Of a stretch of 64,000 bases of DNA, positions 62,747-64,000 are shown one piece after another; within the stretch, counting starts at the first letter, position 1; every line of letters starts with the position of its first letter. The translations under genes were made by a program, and so were the position numbers. The DNA is from Candidatus Dormiibacterota bacterium (GTDB lineage Bacteria; Chloroflexota; Dormibacteria; Aeolococcales; Aeolococcaceae): positions 1,404,709-1,468,708 of the forward strand of contig CAWGML010000002.1 of assembly GCA_963823765.1 (NCBI GenBank), given 5' to 3'. Below the pieces are notes generated by a model, which did no database searches, was not told the DNA's origin, and saw only the letters and a program-made list of their open reading frames with translations.

Positions 62747-64000
62747 TCACGCCGCGCGTTCGCGATCCATCCGGCCGGCGACGGACGTGCCCGGGACGGG
62801 TCGGCCGCCCCGGAGGCGTCCGACCGTTGATCGAAACCAGTCGTTCGCCCAGAGGAGGACCACCGGCGGCCGGATCATCTCTGGAGAGTCCACGGGGAGG
62901 CTGTCGCCGGCGATGGCGAGCATGAGCAGGACCGCCGGGATGTAGTAGTAGTTGAAGTACGCCCACTTGGCCACGAGGAACGAGACTGTGGCGAGCACCG
63001 CGGTGCCGGTGAGCAGCGCCCCGTAGCTGTCCGGACGCCGGCGCAGCACCAGGACGGTGGCGGTCGCGATGACAGCTGCCGACACGGCGAAGGGAAGGAT
63101 GGGCAGGTTGAATGCGTTGAGGTACGAGTTGACGGTCAGTGAGTCGAGCCGTGGCAGCACCGCCAGCTGCACACCGACGACGTTGTAGTAGAACTGCGAG
63201 AAGCCTGTGATGGCTGCGAACGGAAGCACGAAGAGTGCGGCGATGACAGCCGCGACGATCACCTGACGGCGCGCACGGATCGACCAGAAGAAGATGGGGA
63301 CGAGCGCGATGACGGTTGTCGGCTTGGCAGCCAGTGTCAGCACCAGCGCCGCGGTCGCGATGCGGGGGTGCGAGCGGAACGACACGACCCACACAGCGAA
63401 CCCGGCCATGGTGATCACGTCGACCCAGCTGAACAGCACCATCCCTGCGGTCAACGGGAAGGCCATCACCACGCCTGCGCTGCGGTCGAGCGTGCCGGCC
63501 CGCCGCGCCAGGACAAGGACGGCAACCGACGTGACCACGGCGGCGACGACGTGCAGCACCCTTATGTCACCGAGCAGGCGGAACGGCGCCTCGAGCACGG
63601 GAAGGATGGGCCCGTACGGAAAGTGGAGCTGCAGCCACGCGGGCACACCCGGAGCGACGATCTCGGGGCTGGGCACGATCGGCGTGTAGGGATTCTGTCC
63701 GTGCAGCAGCGCCTGCGCCGACGTCTGCTGGAACTGGAAGACGTCGATGTTGGCGAAGCCCCAGGTGACATTGGCCGCGATCCCGATCGCCACCGATGTT
63801 GCTGCCAGCGCGAAGGCCAGCACCCTGGCCGCGACCGCCTTGACGAGCGAATGAACAAGGATCGCCGCGGCGAGCAGCCCGAACGTCCCGATGAAGACGT
63901 GCTGGGGAAGCTTGTTGGTGTAGAGGATCGTGACCGCGCCGAGCGCGATGAGCAGACCGATCCCCGCGAAGCGTGGCAGGGGCGGTCCCCAGGGCTTCGA
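62747..64000 (-). CDS. GT87-like (GT-C) membrane glycosyltransferase, 5'-partial
   Basis: Frame open to the window edge; IDVFQ...ALLHGQNPY, FPYGP, AKP and FNYY; polytopic. Confidence 0.65.
   Translation of the reverse strand, partial: SKPWGPPLPRFAGIGLLIALGAVTILYTNKLPQHVFIGTFGLLAAAILVHSLVKAVAARVLAFALAATSVAIGIAANVTWGFANIDVFQFQQTSAQALLHGQNPYTPIVPSPEIVAPGVPAWLQLHFPYGPILPVLEAPFRLLGDIRVLHVVAAVVTSVAVLVLARRAGTLDRSAGVVMAFPLTAGMVLFSWVDVITMAGFAVWVVSFRSHPRIATAALVLTLAAKPTTVIALVPIFFWSIRARRQVIVAAVIAALFVLPFAAITGFSQFYYNVVGVQLAVLPRLDSLTVNSYLNAFNLPILPFAVSAAVIATATVLVLRRRPDSYGALLTGTAVLATVSFLVAKWAYFNYYYIPAVLLMLAIAGDSLPVDSPEMIRPPVVLLWANDWFRSTVGRLRGGRPVPGTSVAGRMDRERAA

Overview
A GC-rich bacterial chromosomal segment with about 50 genes. 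The gene content fits a monoderm soil bacterium (Ca. Dormibacterota, Chloroflexota or Actinomycetota-like); this taxonomy is inference only. (1) 1-17.6 kb is a cell-envelope locus. Three secreted proteins with different N-terminal domains (CHAP amidase, PQQ-type propeller, GH18) share a ~290-300 aa six-repeat, Trp-rich C-terminal domain. They flank a glycan operon containing a 5-domain GT2-GT4-Zn-jellyroll-methyltransferase, a GT4, three more methyltransferases and two GT-C-type membrane proteins. (2) 18.7-27.9 kb is the operon pyrB-pyrR-pyrC-carAB(fused)-pyrK-pyrD, with a PyrR-binding leader. (3) 28.8-55.9 kb is an acyl-CoA/branched-chain/propionate catabolic region: IcmA-type and MCM-type mutases, MeaB, Mce, PccB, SucCD, three ACADs, thiolase, enoyl-CoA hydratase, FadF-like and SCP2. 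LCP ligases, a PPi-type PFK and an adenylate cyclase are interspersed. (4) 56.6-64 kb carries pdxS-pdxT-GNAT-ATPase/R3H-tmk-darA-DUF554. All seven frameshifts found are +1 insertions at or next to GANTC, which suggests methylation-linked sequencing errors rather than pseudogenes. Many genes look leaderless. No rRNA, tRNA, CRISPR array or mobile element was seen.
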